Both the position numbers and the translations under genes were made by a program. A DNA stretch of 64,000 nucleotides, taken from sequence record NC_014636.1, one strand, 5' to 3'. The stretch's first letter is position 1. Each line of letters opens with the position of its first letter. The notes under the pieces are model-generated. The model did no database searches. It was not told the DNA's origin and saw only the letters and a program-made list of their open reading frames with translations. This document shows positions 46,763 to 56,296 of the stretch, piece after piece.

Positions 46763-47344
46763 TTACCATGAACGAATTGCGCGTTGAATCTTTTCACGCT
46801 CAGTTTTTGTTGGGATCATAGTCAAGCACGGTGCGTTGACATCAATTACAGTCGGAGAAAACATTTTCTTTAGCCGACCGATTTGTTCTTCCGTAAAGCC
46901 CGCGATGTATTCACGCGCTCTCGAAATGGAAACTTCGTAATACTCAGAAACAAGATATTCGAATGCACGAAGTTCCCAGTCGCCAGTTATCTTGGCGAAT
47001 TTTACCTTTGGTAGACTGCATTGTCGGATCGTGAAATACATATAATCATAATGCATTTGATCTGAAATAAAGCCTTCCATACTGTTAAGCTCGGAAGCAT
47101 AACCACTCATTGTAACGTGCTGTGATAGCGCGTTATTGATCATATGTTGATCGTAATCGCTGAAACGTTCAACAGTGCCGTGGCCTAGCTTCTTGGTAAC
47201 GTTATCGATAATCACGAACAAGCTTTGCTCGGCAGGAACTTTAAACTGCTTGCTCAATTCTTTAACAGCGTCCCAATCTCTGGAACGCCATGCGATTTCG
47301 TGTTCGTTTAGATCTTCTTCATCAAGAAACGCGGCTAAGCTCAT
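46763..47344 (-). CDS. 62: Clamp loader small subunit gp62
   Basis: EHEIAWRSRDWD, MINNALSQH, MHYDY; synteny 44-62-regA. Confidence 0.92.
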   Translation of the reverse strand: MSLAAFLDEEDLNEHEIAWRSRDWDAVKELSKQFKVPAEQSLFVIIDNVTKKLGHGTVERFSDYDQHMINNALSQHVTMSGYASELNSMEGFISDQMHYDYMYFTIRQCSLPKVKFAKITGDWELRAFEYLVSEYYEVSISRAREYIAGFTEEQIGRLKKMFSPTVIDVNAPCLTMIPTKTEREKIQRAIRSW

Positions 47345-48313
47345 TTACTTCCACTCCATTTCCATGCTCAAATCAGCAAGCAGATCGAACAGATGGATTT
47401 CCATATTCGGGATATCGTTCGCGAACTTCTGATTTTCAGCGATATATTTGATCATCATGCGAATACTTGTCGGCTTGATTTCCAAGAACAGACGTTCATA
47501 CAGCTTTGTGATAAAGCTATCATAATCGACGGTAAACTTCGGAACAAGTGCGCGAATATCACCAAGCTTTTTATTCTTGAGCATGGTAACAACGTCATTC
47601 ATGTCCTCGACTGCTTGAGTCGCTTTAGTCAAAACGCCTTCATCGATCTTACCAGATTTTGCATAACTATCTAAGGTTGTGATTGTACCGCGAACATCAG
47701 GAAAATTCTGTTTAACCAATGCGGCGATAGCTTTACGAGATTCTACAACAACGCCTTCCATTTCGCAAATCTTTTCGCATCGAACGATCATTTCTTTCAT
47801 CATTCGAATTTTGTCATTTGCAGTCGGATTACCGAACTCAACTTGACGGAATCGAGATTTCAGAGGAGCCGGAATCGCTTCAACGTTGTTACATGTCATG
47901 ATCACAGAGCAGTTAGAGCTAAACGCTTCCATCCAAGAACGGAGTTCTTCATGAACAGCTTTCATACCCTTGTTATCACCTTCGTCGATGATGATAACTT
48001 TGCCACCCGGCTTGCTTGTCATGGTAGAAGCGAAGTTGGTCAGATCATTACGCAAATCGTCAATGCGCAGTTTGCCACCGGAGATAAACATAACTTCGGC
48101 GTCGATCTCGTTACACAGAACACGTGCCATGGTAGTTTTACCAGTGCCCGGACTCTTGGAGAAGAGGAGAATATGAGGAATTCGACCACTCGCAACAATG
48201 CCACGAAAACGTTCGGCATCAGCGTCTGGAAGAATACATTCGGAGATAAGTGCGGGACGATATTTTTGTTCCCACATGAATTCTTTTGGATCAGATACAG
48301 TTACAACAGTCAT
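47345..48313 (-). CDS. 44: Clamp loader large subunit gp44
   Basis: WEQKYRP, SPGTGKTT, IIDEGD, SRF; likely start MTVV at 48313. Confidence 0.96.
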   Translation of the reverse strand: MTVVTVSDPKEFMWEQKYRPALISECILPDADAERFRGIVASGRIPHILLFSKSPGTGKTTMARVLCNEIDAEVMFISGGKLRIDDLRNDLTNFASTMTSKPGGKVIIIDEGDNKGMKAVHEELRSWMEAFSSNCSVIMTCNNVEAIPAPLKSRFRQVEFGNPTANDKIRMMKEMIVRCEKICEMEGVVVESRKAIAALVKQNFPDVRGTITTLDSYAKSGKIDEGVLTKATQAVEDMNDVVTMLKNKKLGDIRALVPKFTVDYDSFITKLYERLFLEIKPTSIRMMIKYIAENQKFANDIPNMEIHLFDLLADLSMEMEWK

Positions 48314-48358
48314 TTTATGTCTCTCAGTGCATGGGTAAAACAGTTTAGAATATCTTGT

Positions 48359-48396
48359 ATTATAAACTATTCTAAGTGGGGAGGTCAAGCCTCCCC
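48359..48396 (-). promoter_or_regulatory. Gene 44 promoter with the -35 inside a GC-rich hairpin
   Basis: TTGACC-18 nt-TATAAT; GGGGAGG...CCTCCCC inverted repeat right after the gene 45 stop. Confidence 0.55.
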
Positions 48397-48404
48397 GAAC
48401 TCAT

Positions 48405-49079
48405 TTAAACAGCGTATTTGGACTTGGCGTCGAGTGCAATCACGTAATTGGAAGTGCCTTCGAAACGAATTGCGCCTTCTTTAGCGATCATCACTTTGTA
48501 TTTGCCATCGATCATCTTGAGATTACCGATAGACACGATAAAATCAAAGTTAGCATCGGCACCTTCGTAGTCGTCAGCAATAGCAATCTCGAAGGTGTTG
48601 CTGTTGGTCTCGCCACCAGTCAGTCGAGCCAGGATCTTGCGACCGTCGTTGACAAAGTGCAGATCTACCAGGGACATAGTAGAAGCAGACTTGCCGATTT
48701 GCTTAATCTGGTCTTCGGTCAGTTCGAACACAACAGAAGCAGTCGGGAAAGTGATTGCTTTCTTCGGATGGGTAATGGTACCCGCTTCTGCCATCTTGAT
48801 TTTAGCCATCGCACGACCACCGGAAGCATTTTTCACGACGATATATTCACCATCTTCGGTAACTTGTGCAGGCAGACCCACCATCATTGCGACACCCAGA
48901 AACTCGCCCAGACTGTAGATTCGCAGCTCGCTATCAATCTGATCCTTGATGGTGCTTTCAGCATACAGAACGTTATTCACGCTCTTGGTGTTGATGAAAG
49001 TACCCGGTTTCAGAACAACGGACGGGTTGATTTTTGCGAAGTTGGACAGGATTTCTACGGTTTCTTTACTCAGTTGCAT
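48405..49079 (-). CDS. 45: Sliding clamp gp45
   Basis: MQLSKETVEILSNFAKINPSVVLKPG..I.T; F..GN.KM..G.Y. Confidence 0.95.
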   Translation of the reverse strand: MQLSKETVEILSNFAKINPSVVLKPGTFINTKSVNNVLYAESTIKDQIDSELRIYSLGEFLGVAMMVGLPAQVTEDGEYIVVKNASGGRAMAKIKMAEAGTITHPKKAITFPTASVVFELTEDQIKQIGKSASTMSLVDLHFVNDGRKILARLTGGETNSNTFEIAIADDYEGADANFDFIVSIGNLKMIDGKYKVMIAKEGAIRFEGTSNYVIALDAKSKYAV

Positions 49080-49111
49080 TTTAATTCCTCAGTTCATTAC
49101 AGGTCTTTAGT

Positions 49112-49396
49112 TTAAGCGGCTTTCCACTCGGAGTAAACAACGGCAGCGGCATCAGCGAAAAACTCGGTGAAATCACGCTTGCAGTTCAGATTCTCTTTGC
49201 GGAAGTTTTCGGACAGACGCATAGCGTTATCGATTACGTCCTGGTCAAATTCTTTATACAGATCAAAACGAACATCACGCTCCAGACATTGCAGACGATC
49301 ACGATCAGCTTGGCTCATGAGTGCAGTCCAAGACTTGCGGGCCAGGTTCTGATAGAAGTAAGCAGCGGAGGCAGTTTTCAGAGTCACGTCGGTCAT
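49112..49396 (-). CDS. rpbA: RNA polymerase-binding protein RpbA-like
   Basis: Position between 45.2 and 45; RKSW..LMS and Y...D.DV..... pattern; weak similarity only. Confidence 0.55.
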   Translation of the reverse strand: MTDVTLKTASAAYFYQNLARKSWTALMSQADRDRLQCLERDVRFDLYKEFDQDVIDNAMRLSENFRKENLNCKRDFTEFFADAAAVVYSEWKAA

Positions 49397-49550
49397 TTTG
49401 TAAATCCTATTAAGTATGTAAGATATCGTTTCAATCCGAGACACAAACGCTTGTTGTCTCTAGTGTTGGTCATTATACACTGCTTTAGCCATAAGTAAAG
49501 AACTATTATCAAAATGATTGGCGAAAGCAGTGTGAGGATTATTCGGTCAG

Positions 49551-49727
49551 TCATTCTTTCCAAGCTATCCAATAAGGATCGAAATTGTTGATGATCCTAG
49601 TTAGACGTTCTTCTCCGAATGTGGCTACCAGTTGTTGATAGGTAGTCTTGACTTCATGCTCCATTTGCTTGTTTGATAGTATCCAGAATTCCACATCTAG
49701 ATACACATCGGCTATGTTTTCGAACAT
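49551..49727 (-). CDS. 45.2: gp45.2-like conserved hypothetical protein
   Basis: F...ADVYLDVEFW; syntenic between 46 and rpbA. Confidence 0.55.
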   Translation of the reverse strand: MFENIADVYLDVEFWILSNKQMEHEVKTTYQQLVATFGEERLTRIINNFDPYWIAWKE

Positions 49728-49728
49728 T

Positions 49729-52038
49729 TTAAACCATCGTAGTAAAGCGACCTTGCTTTTGCATACGAATGTGGCGATCAAAGCTGTCGTCCATCGCGTC
49801 TTTGCGGTGTGAGATAACGATGATATTGGACTTCATGTCATTGAGCATTTTGTTAATGCCTACAATGCCAGCTTCATCACAACTACCGTCGAACACTTCA
49901 TCCATGCAAAGCAAGTTGATATTAACACCACTGATCATACTGCTAACGTCACGCCATGTAAACAACAAACTGAGATTAATTCGCGCTTTCTCACCTTCTG
50001 AGAAGGAAGCATAACAGAACTCCTCACGACCTCTTGACTTGATTGATTCATTGAATCCTTCGTCCAACGCGAACACATAGTCGGCGCCCAACGATTTCAA
50101 GTAGTCGTTGATTTTCTTGTTGAAAACTGGAATATACCGTTTGACAATATGGGCCTTTACGCCGTTGTCTTTCAACATATCAGCTACAATTGAACGTCTG
50201 TGCAACTCAAGAACAATGTCGGCTATGCCAGACTTGATCTCTTCGATGCGACTTTCAATCTCTTCAAGCTTGGAAGTATCATACTCGGTAGCGTTCAACT
50301 CGTCAATCTGTTTTTTCAAATCTTTTGCACGATTTGCCGCTTCTTCATACGTTTCCATGTTGGTCTTGACATTCATAGCCAACATTTCAAGATTAGCACG
50401 ATGTGCCGCTAGTGTCGAGCTGAAATTTGATTTCAGTTCAGCGATCTTGGCATCCCGTTCGTCTCCAATGCTATCAATCCGACGTTGGAGTGCGTCCTTA
50501 GCTTTCTCGTATGTAGTCTCGATGTGTCGTTTCTTTTCGTATAGACCGTTAAGGCGCTCGTTATACGACACTTTCTGGCGCTCATGATTGAGCGTCATTT
50601 CCGAGATCTGCTTGTCTATGAATGCAATCGCCGCGTGGTGATTTTCACTCAAATTCCGACATTGTTGCGCATATCTCGCGGTAGCTCGCTCATACTCCCG
50701 TTCGGCTTCTCGATTCTGTTCAATGATCTGATTATACGCCGCAAGTTCTCGCTTATAGTTCAGCTCATAGGAAGTTAACCGAGATGTTTCATCAGAGATA
50801 ACAGCCAGCTCGGCTTCCAGTTTCTCGATGTCAGAATCAAGTTCCTCGATGCTATGATCTGCATGAGACGAACAATCAGTACCGCAAGTAGGACACGCGC
50901 CACCTTTCTCGAAGAACTTTTTACGTTCTTGAAGTGCAGATATTTTACCGCGAATATCCCAAGCAGTATTGTCCAACTTGAACTTCTCGTTGGTATAATC
51001 AACTGCAACCGGCTCGGCGACGTCTTGAATAACAAGTTCATCAGGAATAGGCACCAGTGCAGTTGCAGCGCGAAGATCGTCCTCAGTTGGCTTAGATTTC
51101 TCCAGCTCACCGACATCGTGATCCAAAGCACAATCGAACGGTTGATCCATTTGGAGACAAGCAATATCCGAATTGATATCCGCGATGTCGTTGTTTCGCT
51201 GCTCACTCAGAGTCGCAAGTTGTTCAATAAGAGCCTGCGGCTGATATTTCGCAATTATTTCTCGTTCGGCAGTTTCGTCATACACGGGTTCAACTGCGTT
51301 GTCAATCTTCTCCTGATTTATATTCGCCAAATCTTTCGATGTTTTAGCGCGATCAATATCAGAACGGAAATTAGTCACCAAAACGTTGACAAGCATCCCG
51401 GTTTGTTTCTTCTGTGCTTCGATAGCAGATTCAGCAGTTGCGCGTTCGCTTTCGGCAGAGGCAAGCATGGCTTTATTTTGATCCTGTTGCCCTTTCAGCT
51501 CTTTGATCAAAGCTTTGTTTTGCTTATCCATTTCGCCGATAACAGAGACATCAAGCAGATCCTCAACGAGTTCGCGACGCTTACCAGCAGGCAGTTCCAT
51601 GAATGGCTTATAGCCAGCCGTGCCAAGAACGATGATCTGTTTAAAGCTGTCGTAACTGATACCCAGTAATTTCTCTTCGAAATATGCTTGGTACTCGGTC
51701 GCGCTCGCAACTTCTTTCAGTTCTTCACCGTTCTTAGTGATTTTCAACACATTAGGCTTGATGCCTCGAACGATGTGGAACTTGTCTTTACCGACTGAAA
51801 TCTCACCCTCAACGTGCAGTCCCTTTTTGTTGTGACTGTTTACAAGTAAGGGCTTAGGGACATCGCGAAACGCTTTGCCATAAAGCATGAATGTAATCGC
51901 TTCGATGAAGGTAGATTTACCAGCACCGTTAGTACCTGTTACCAGTGTTTTCTTGTGATGATCGAGTTCGATGCGGATGGGCTTTGCGCCCACCGACATA
52001 ATATTTTTGTACTCGACCCAGTGGAATAAAATGTCCAT
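49729..52038 (-). CDS. 46: Rad50/SbcC-like recombination endonuclease subunit gp46, long form
   Basis: GTNGAGKST, CPTC zinc hook, FSEGEKARI, DEVFD. Confidence 0.96.
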   Translation of the reverse strand: MDILFHWVEYKNIMSVGAKPIRIELDHHKKTLVTGTNGAGKSTFIEAITFMLYGKAFRDVPKPLLVNSHNKKGLHVEGEISVGKDKFHIVRGIKPNVLKITKNGEELKEVASATEYQAYFEEKLLGISYDSFKQIIVLGTAGYKPFMELPAGKRRELVEDLLDVSVIGEMDKQNKALIKELKGQQDQNKAMLASAESERATAESAIEAQKKQTGMLVNVLVTNFRSDIDRAKTSKDLANINQEKIDNAVEPVYDETAEREIIAKYQPQALIEQLATLSEQRNNDIADINSDIACLQMDQPFDCALDHDVGELEKSKPTEDDLRAATALVPIPDELVIQDVAEPVAVDYTNEKFKLDNTAWDIRGKISALQERKKFFEKGGACPTCGTDCSSHADHSIEELDSDIEKLEAELAVISDETSRLTSYELNYKRELAAYNQIIEQNREAEREYERATARYAQQCRNLSENHHAAIAFIDKQISEMTLNHERQKVSYNERLNGLYEKKRHIETTYEKAKDALQRRIDSIGDERDAKIAELKSNFSSTLAAHRANLEMLAMNVKTNMETYEEAANRAKDLKKQIDELNATEYDTSKLEEIESRIEEIKSGIADIVLELHRRSIVADMLKDNGVKAHIVKRYIPVFNKKINDYLKSLGADYVFALDEGFNESIKSRGREEFCYASFSEGEKARINLSLLFTWRDVSSMISGVNINLLCMDEVFDGSCDEAGIVGINKMLNDMKSNIIVISHRKDAMDDSFDRHIRMQKQGRFTTMV

Positions 52039-53066
52039 TATTCTCCTTTGCTATGAACAGCATTGGCATAAAGTTCTTGAATGTAGCGATCAACGGCTTT
52101 CTTGTCGTCTTCATCTACAGCCAACCCCTGGATGTAATCTTTCATTTGCTCAATTACTTTCTTCGTCTCGGTGATGTCTTCAACATCAGACGCAAAAGTA
52201 TACATCTGCTTCGGTCGGAACTCAAAGCATATATTCTCCAATTGAGCCATAACAGCGTCCAACTTATCGTCGAACTCATAGATCACCAATTCTACGACCT
52301 TGTCCTTGCATTTGTCAATAGCTTTGATGTCGAAATCTTTGCGATAATCAACTCGAATATGCCACATGTCGGGATTCGCGACAAACTCAATTGTCTTTGT
52401 ATCTGTGTCGAACACCCAGAAGCCACGAATCTCATTACTGTCACCCATAGTCAGAGTGTACGGAGTGCCGAGATAATGGATGTTTGCTTTCTTACTGGAA
52501 GTATGATAGTGACCGCTATATACTTGCTTGTAGCGATTCAGGAACTCCATACTCTCGCCAGTTGACGGAATGCCCTTGTAGAACTCAAACCCATCAAGTT
52601 CCCAGTGTCCAACGCAATAGTCAGAGTTTGTTTCGGCCGCATATTTTTCAATGGCAGCCTCGTTTTCGTCACACTTCCACGGAAACAGATCCCACAAAGT
52701 ATCAGCGAAACCGATTGTTGTGGGCGTTTCGATAACGTGAAATTTTTCAATACCATGAAACACTTCGTTAACACTGTTTGGACTGATTTTATCCTTAACG
52801 TGCATATCGTGGTTGCCCACAATGACATAGATGTCATCGAATGCATCTTGATAGATGGGAGTCAGTTGCTCACGCTGAAATTTCAACGTCTCTTGGCTTA
52901 GACCAGAACGAACGTCGAACCAGTCACCAGTTTGAATCATGTGTCGGATACCATGCTGCTTTGCATAGTTACACAGAAAGATAGATCCACGCAAGATCGC
53001 GTTTGTCATATAAGCACTGTCTTTCTGGGTCCCGACGTGCTTATCACCTTCAATGATAATCTTCAT
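52038..53066 (-). CDS. 47: Mre11/SbcD-like recombination endonuclease subunit gp47
   Basis: GDKH.G, QTGDWFD, GNHD, GHWE, SGHYH, GTPY..T..D; start MKII at 53066 with AAGGA SD. Confidence 0.96.
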   Translation of the reverse strand: MKIIIEGDKHVGTQKDSAYMTNAILRGSIFLCNYAKQHGIRHMIQTGDWFDVRSGLSQETLKFQREQLTPIYQDAFDDIYVIVGNHDMHVKDKISPNSVNEVFHGIEKFHVIETPTTIGFADTLWDLFPWKCDENEAAIEKYAAETNSDYCVGHWELDGFEFYKGIPSTGESMEFLNRYKQVYSGHYHTSSKKANIHYLGTPYTLTMGDSNEIRGFWVFDTDTKTIEFVANPDMWHIRVDYRKDFDIKAIDKCKDKVVELVIYEFDDKLDAVMAQLENICFEFRPKQMYTFASDVEDITETKKVIEQMKDYIQGLAVDEDDKKAVDRYIQELYANAVHSKGE

Positions 53067-53094
53067 ATCGTTTCCTTTGTTGAATGATATCGAC

Positions 53095-53124
53095 ATACTA
53101 CACGATCAAAAACGGTTTGTAAAC
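53095..53124 (-). promoter_or_regulatory. T4-early-type promoter for gene 47
   Basis: GTTTAC-18 nt-TAGTAT with GTG before the -10. Confidence 0.55.
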
Positions 53125-53126
53125 TG

Positions 53127-53237
53127 GTGCTTGCACTTCGAGCGTAGCGAGATAAAACAAAATCTCTTATAGATCTTAATGACAATCTATTTTATCTTCT
53201 TGTTATAAATCAGCGACTTACGTCGCAGTGCAAGCAC
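53127..53237. repeat. Conserved non-coding element, copy 2 (53159-53229), bracketed by an 11-bp inverted repeat
   Basis: GTGCTTGCACT 53127-53137 / AGTGCAAGCAC 53227-53237; core similar to 27738-27810. Confidence 0.8.
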
Positions 53238-53248
53238 TATCACAAATG

Positions 53249-53271
53249 AAAAAGGCTCCCGAAGGAGCCTT
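53249..53271 (-). terminator. Intrinsic terminator after the disrupted fibre gene
   Basis: GGCTCC-TTCG-GGAGCC plus T-run; same stem as the gene 32 terminator. Confidence 0.85.
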
Positions 53272-53275
53272 GTTA

Positions 53276-56227
53276 TTAAGCAAGTTCTAATCTATGTGGT
53301 AGATATTGCACAATAGGTGAGCCGCTAAGACATATGTTATTGGATTGTGTTGCTGTTCCTGTGCCAATAAATGAAGTAGCACTATAAACTGGAATGACAC
53401 CACCACCTCCGGGAAATGCCCAAGCTGAACCGTTCCAAAACGCAAGTCCAACCATTAATGATGGTATTTCTCTTTGTGCGGAAGTATCCCAATATTTCAT
53501 AGGACATACTGTGATCCAATGAATGTTATTTGCGTTGTCTCTACCTAAGCAAAGCTTAAAGTATTCGGTTGCACTTCCGGTTGGTGCTGGGGTTGTTCCC
53601 GATCCGGAAGTTAATGTTGGGTCAACGTCTGATAATGCCATACCGTTAATAGCGTTTCCGCCAAATCTACCCGCATTCATCATAGCTGGAACTGTGTTCA
53701 TAACTCGACCAGCTTCACCCAACAGACCATCGAATGTATTATCGTTGTCTATTGTGCCGCACAGATATGTATTAAATTTCTGATACAAATACCATGCTCT
53801 AGCCTGTTTCTCTGCCGCTGATTCACCAACTTTAAGAGCCACTGCCATTGAGGACAAATCGCCTATAAACGTCGCAAAATACCAGTCTGTTAGATGTTTA
53901 CTAACATCATAATTAGGGTTAATAACGTCGCGAGTCCAATAGTTCTTTGGATCATTCGGACTAACCACTATTTCTGATGTAGTTACTTTGGAGCTACCCA
54001 ACTGTTTGACAATCGCATAACTAGAACCAAGTGATGGGTCATCCGCATAAATTGTATGACTACCACCAGTATCGTATGTTACTCTAACTTTTACGTCCAT
54101 ATCAACGGAAGGGGTAATAACAGTTCTTGCTATGTTTTGTGGTGCAAAGTTTTCGGTTGATGGTGCAGCAACTTTAGCACCAATTGTTCCTGATAATCTG
54201 ACGTTATTGACATCATGCCAAGCATATGCAAAACGACCAGAACCGCCTATATTAGTGAATACATCGGCCAATAGTTCATATGTTTTATTTGCTTTTAAGC
54301 GGAATACTCCGTTGTTATTAACTACTTCGCCAATAGAAACTACATTTGAGTTAAATGGCAGATCGTATTGTGTACTTGTACCAGCACCAGTTAAATTAGT
54401 TGAAAGTTTTGCCATCAAATAATCGACTCGATCACCCTGTAAAATAACAGTGTTTCTAGCGTCGATGATTTCATCGCCTGAAATTTCTTCAACTAGAATA
54501 TAACTATCACCAGCATCACTTGTTGTATCCAATCCGCCACGAATGTTATGCGAATTACCGGCATAGATACAACGCATTTGAATGTCGGTTTGTACTGTTG
54601 TGTCAATAAACACAATACCAGTTCCGTTAGGCCCATAACCAGATGTACCAGTTGAGTTACCCTGCCAATGCGATGCATATGATTGGTTGGGTTGCCACGA
54701 TGCGGTTGTTACGTTAAAAATACCGTATCTAACCCAGTTACCGGATGTAACACTAGCGGGTTCCATCTTGAACGTAATTTTATACGTGCGTTTTTCTCTG
54801 AGTGTTATTGTGGCTCCATTACGAGTAATGTTATCACCAACAACTTTATTTGTGGTATCCAACGACCATACGCTATTTGTAGTCATACCGGTTTGTTCTG
54901 AGTTTCTTGTTGCCAACATCATTGAACGTTGTGTTGTAGAACCACCCGCAGTTGTCTTTAATTTTTCCAATACAAATTGGTAGCGTCATATTCATACACA
55001 TTTTTCGAAACTGTGGTTGTAAATGTCTGAGCATTTGTCGGCGATGTCGGGAACGTAATTGTTTCCTTGATACCATCAAATTGCGCATAGCTATTATCAT
55101 TGCGATGTAACATCATCAGTTTTAATTCTGTGTCGTAATATTCTTTTGGTGCATTAACTGGCTTGACATAAGAATTTGTTTGACGGCCCGATTTATTCAT
55201 CAATGTCGTTGTTGTGTCATTAATGCGTACCCATTCTTGTCCGGCGTTGAAAATACTACCAGGACTAACTGCTTTTATACATACCCACACGTTTTCGGAT
55301 AGACCGTAAATTACCAACGATCCGGTCGCATACGCCTTTGAGATTTCAAATCCATGAATAACAGTATCGTCGGTCTTTGTCATGTAATCGATTAAAGCAT
55401 AAGCGGGGTGCCGCCAATAAACGGAATCCAAATCGAACGATCTAATTTGATTGGAGTTGCTGCATTCAATGATTGTGTTGTATTTGAAACACACATATAC
55501 AATGTCATGTCACTGTCTGTTAATGGCAATTACATCGGCGAAATTATAATTTGTGTTAGTTGCAGGAACGACACCACGCCATACTGGTTGATATCTACCA
55601 GCATTAATAACTGGTCTGAATGTAGCTGTGTTTCCTGAACCCCACGCAAACGGAGTACCAGCGACAATAGCGGCATTCGCTTGTGCAATGATACCAGCAT
55701 AGCTTACGATTGCATTTGCATCATACGACAGTGCGGTACTATAGCTGGGCGCCTGCTTGAATCCAGTGAGCTTGGTGAAGTAATTCAGTTCGGAGATTGC
55801 TTTACCTGTGTTCGCGATAGATGCGCGATATAGGTCAGTTCTGTAATAGAACAAGTCTCCTTTTGCGATCACTTTATCCAAGAACGGGTTATATTCGTCC
55901 CAATCTGGTATGTTAGGCACCTGTGTTGCAGTTGTCAATTCGTGCCAATGTGTTGCCAATACTCCAATAACGAATGGAGTATTCGCTGGCATGTCTCCAT
56001 TCGCACGATACAGCTTACTGTCGCGATAGCACAAATCGTCTTTGCGCCAAGAACGTGCCTGTTCCCAATCAGGCACGTTGGCAGTCAATGCTGCTTCTGG
56101 AATTTTCCCATTACTATCAGCAACAATGATATTTGTTGCTGATGCGTCTACCCAGCTTCCGTCGTTCCATACTTTTTGGAACATTCGTTTTGGATGGTTG
56201 CGTTACTAACGCAAGTCTTTCTGCCAT
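53276..56227 (-). pseudogene. Disrupted late gene for a ~983-aa carbohydrate-binding fibre or decoration protein (track ORFs 55510-56184, 54958-55494, 53276-54970)
   Basis: In-frame TGA at 55510-55512 inside a repeat module; A5 frameshift at 54962-54966; probable A5 frameshift at 56173-56177; CBM5/12-like and C1q/TNF-like repeats. Confidence 0.7.
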
Positions 56228-56257
56228 TATAAAATCATCTTATTATAATTCTGTTTA

Positions 56258-56264
56258 TATTTAG
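56258..56264 (-). promoter_or_regulatory. Putative late promoter (CTAAATA) for the disrupted fibre gene
   Basis: 31 nt upstream of ATG 56227, directly after a terminator; same layout as the fibre 1 and fibre 2 genes. Confidence 0.55.
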
Positions 56265-56267
56265 AAA

Positions 56268-56295
56268 ACAAAAAGGGAGCCGATGGCTCCCTTTA
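56268..56295 (-). terminator. Terminator after a-gt.4
   Basis: AAAGGGAGCC-ATC-GGCTCCCTTT plus T-run. Confidence 0.75.
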
Positions 56296-56296
56296 T

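Noticed and set aside
3236-53271. Identical hairpin AAAAAGGCTCCCGAAGGAGCCTT at about 3236-3259 and 53249-53271
   Set aside because: It is a standard T4-type UUCG terminator; reuse is common and needs no special explanation
55510-55512. Genome-wide TGA reassignment as an explanation for the in-frame stop
   Set aside because: TGA terminates well-defined genes here (33, 43, Nudix) at their expected ends
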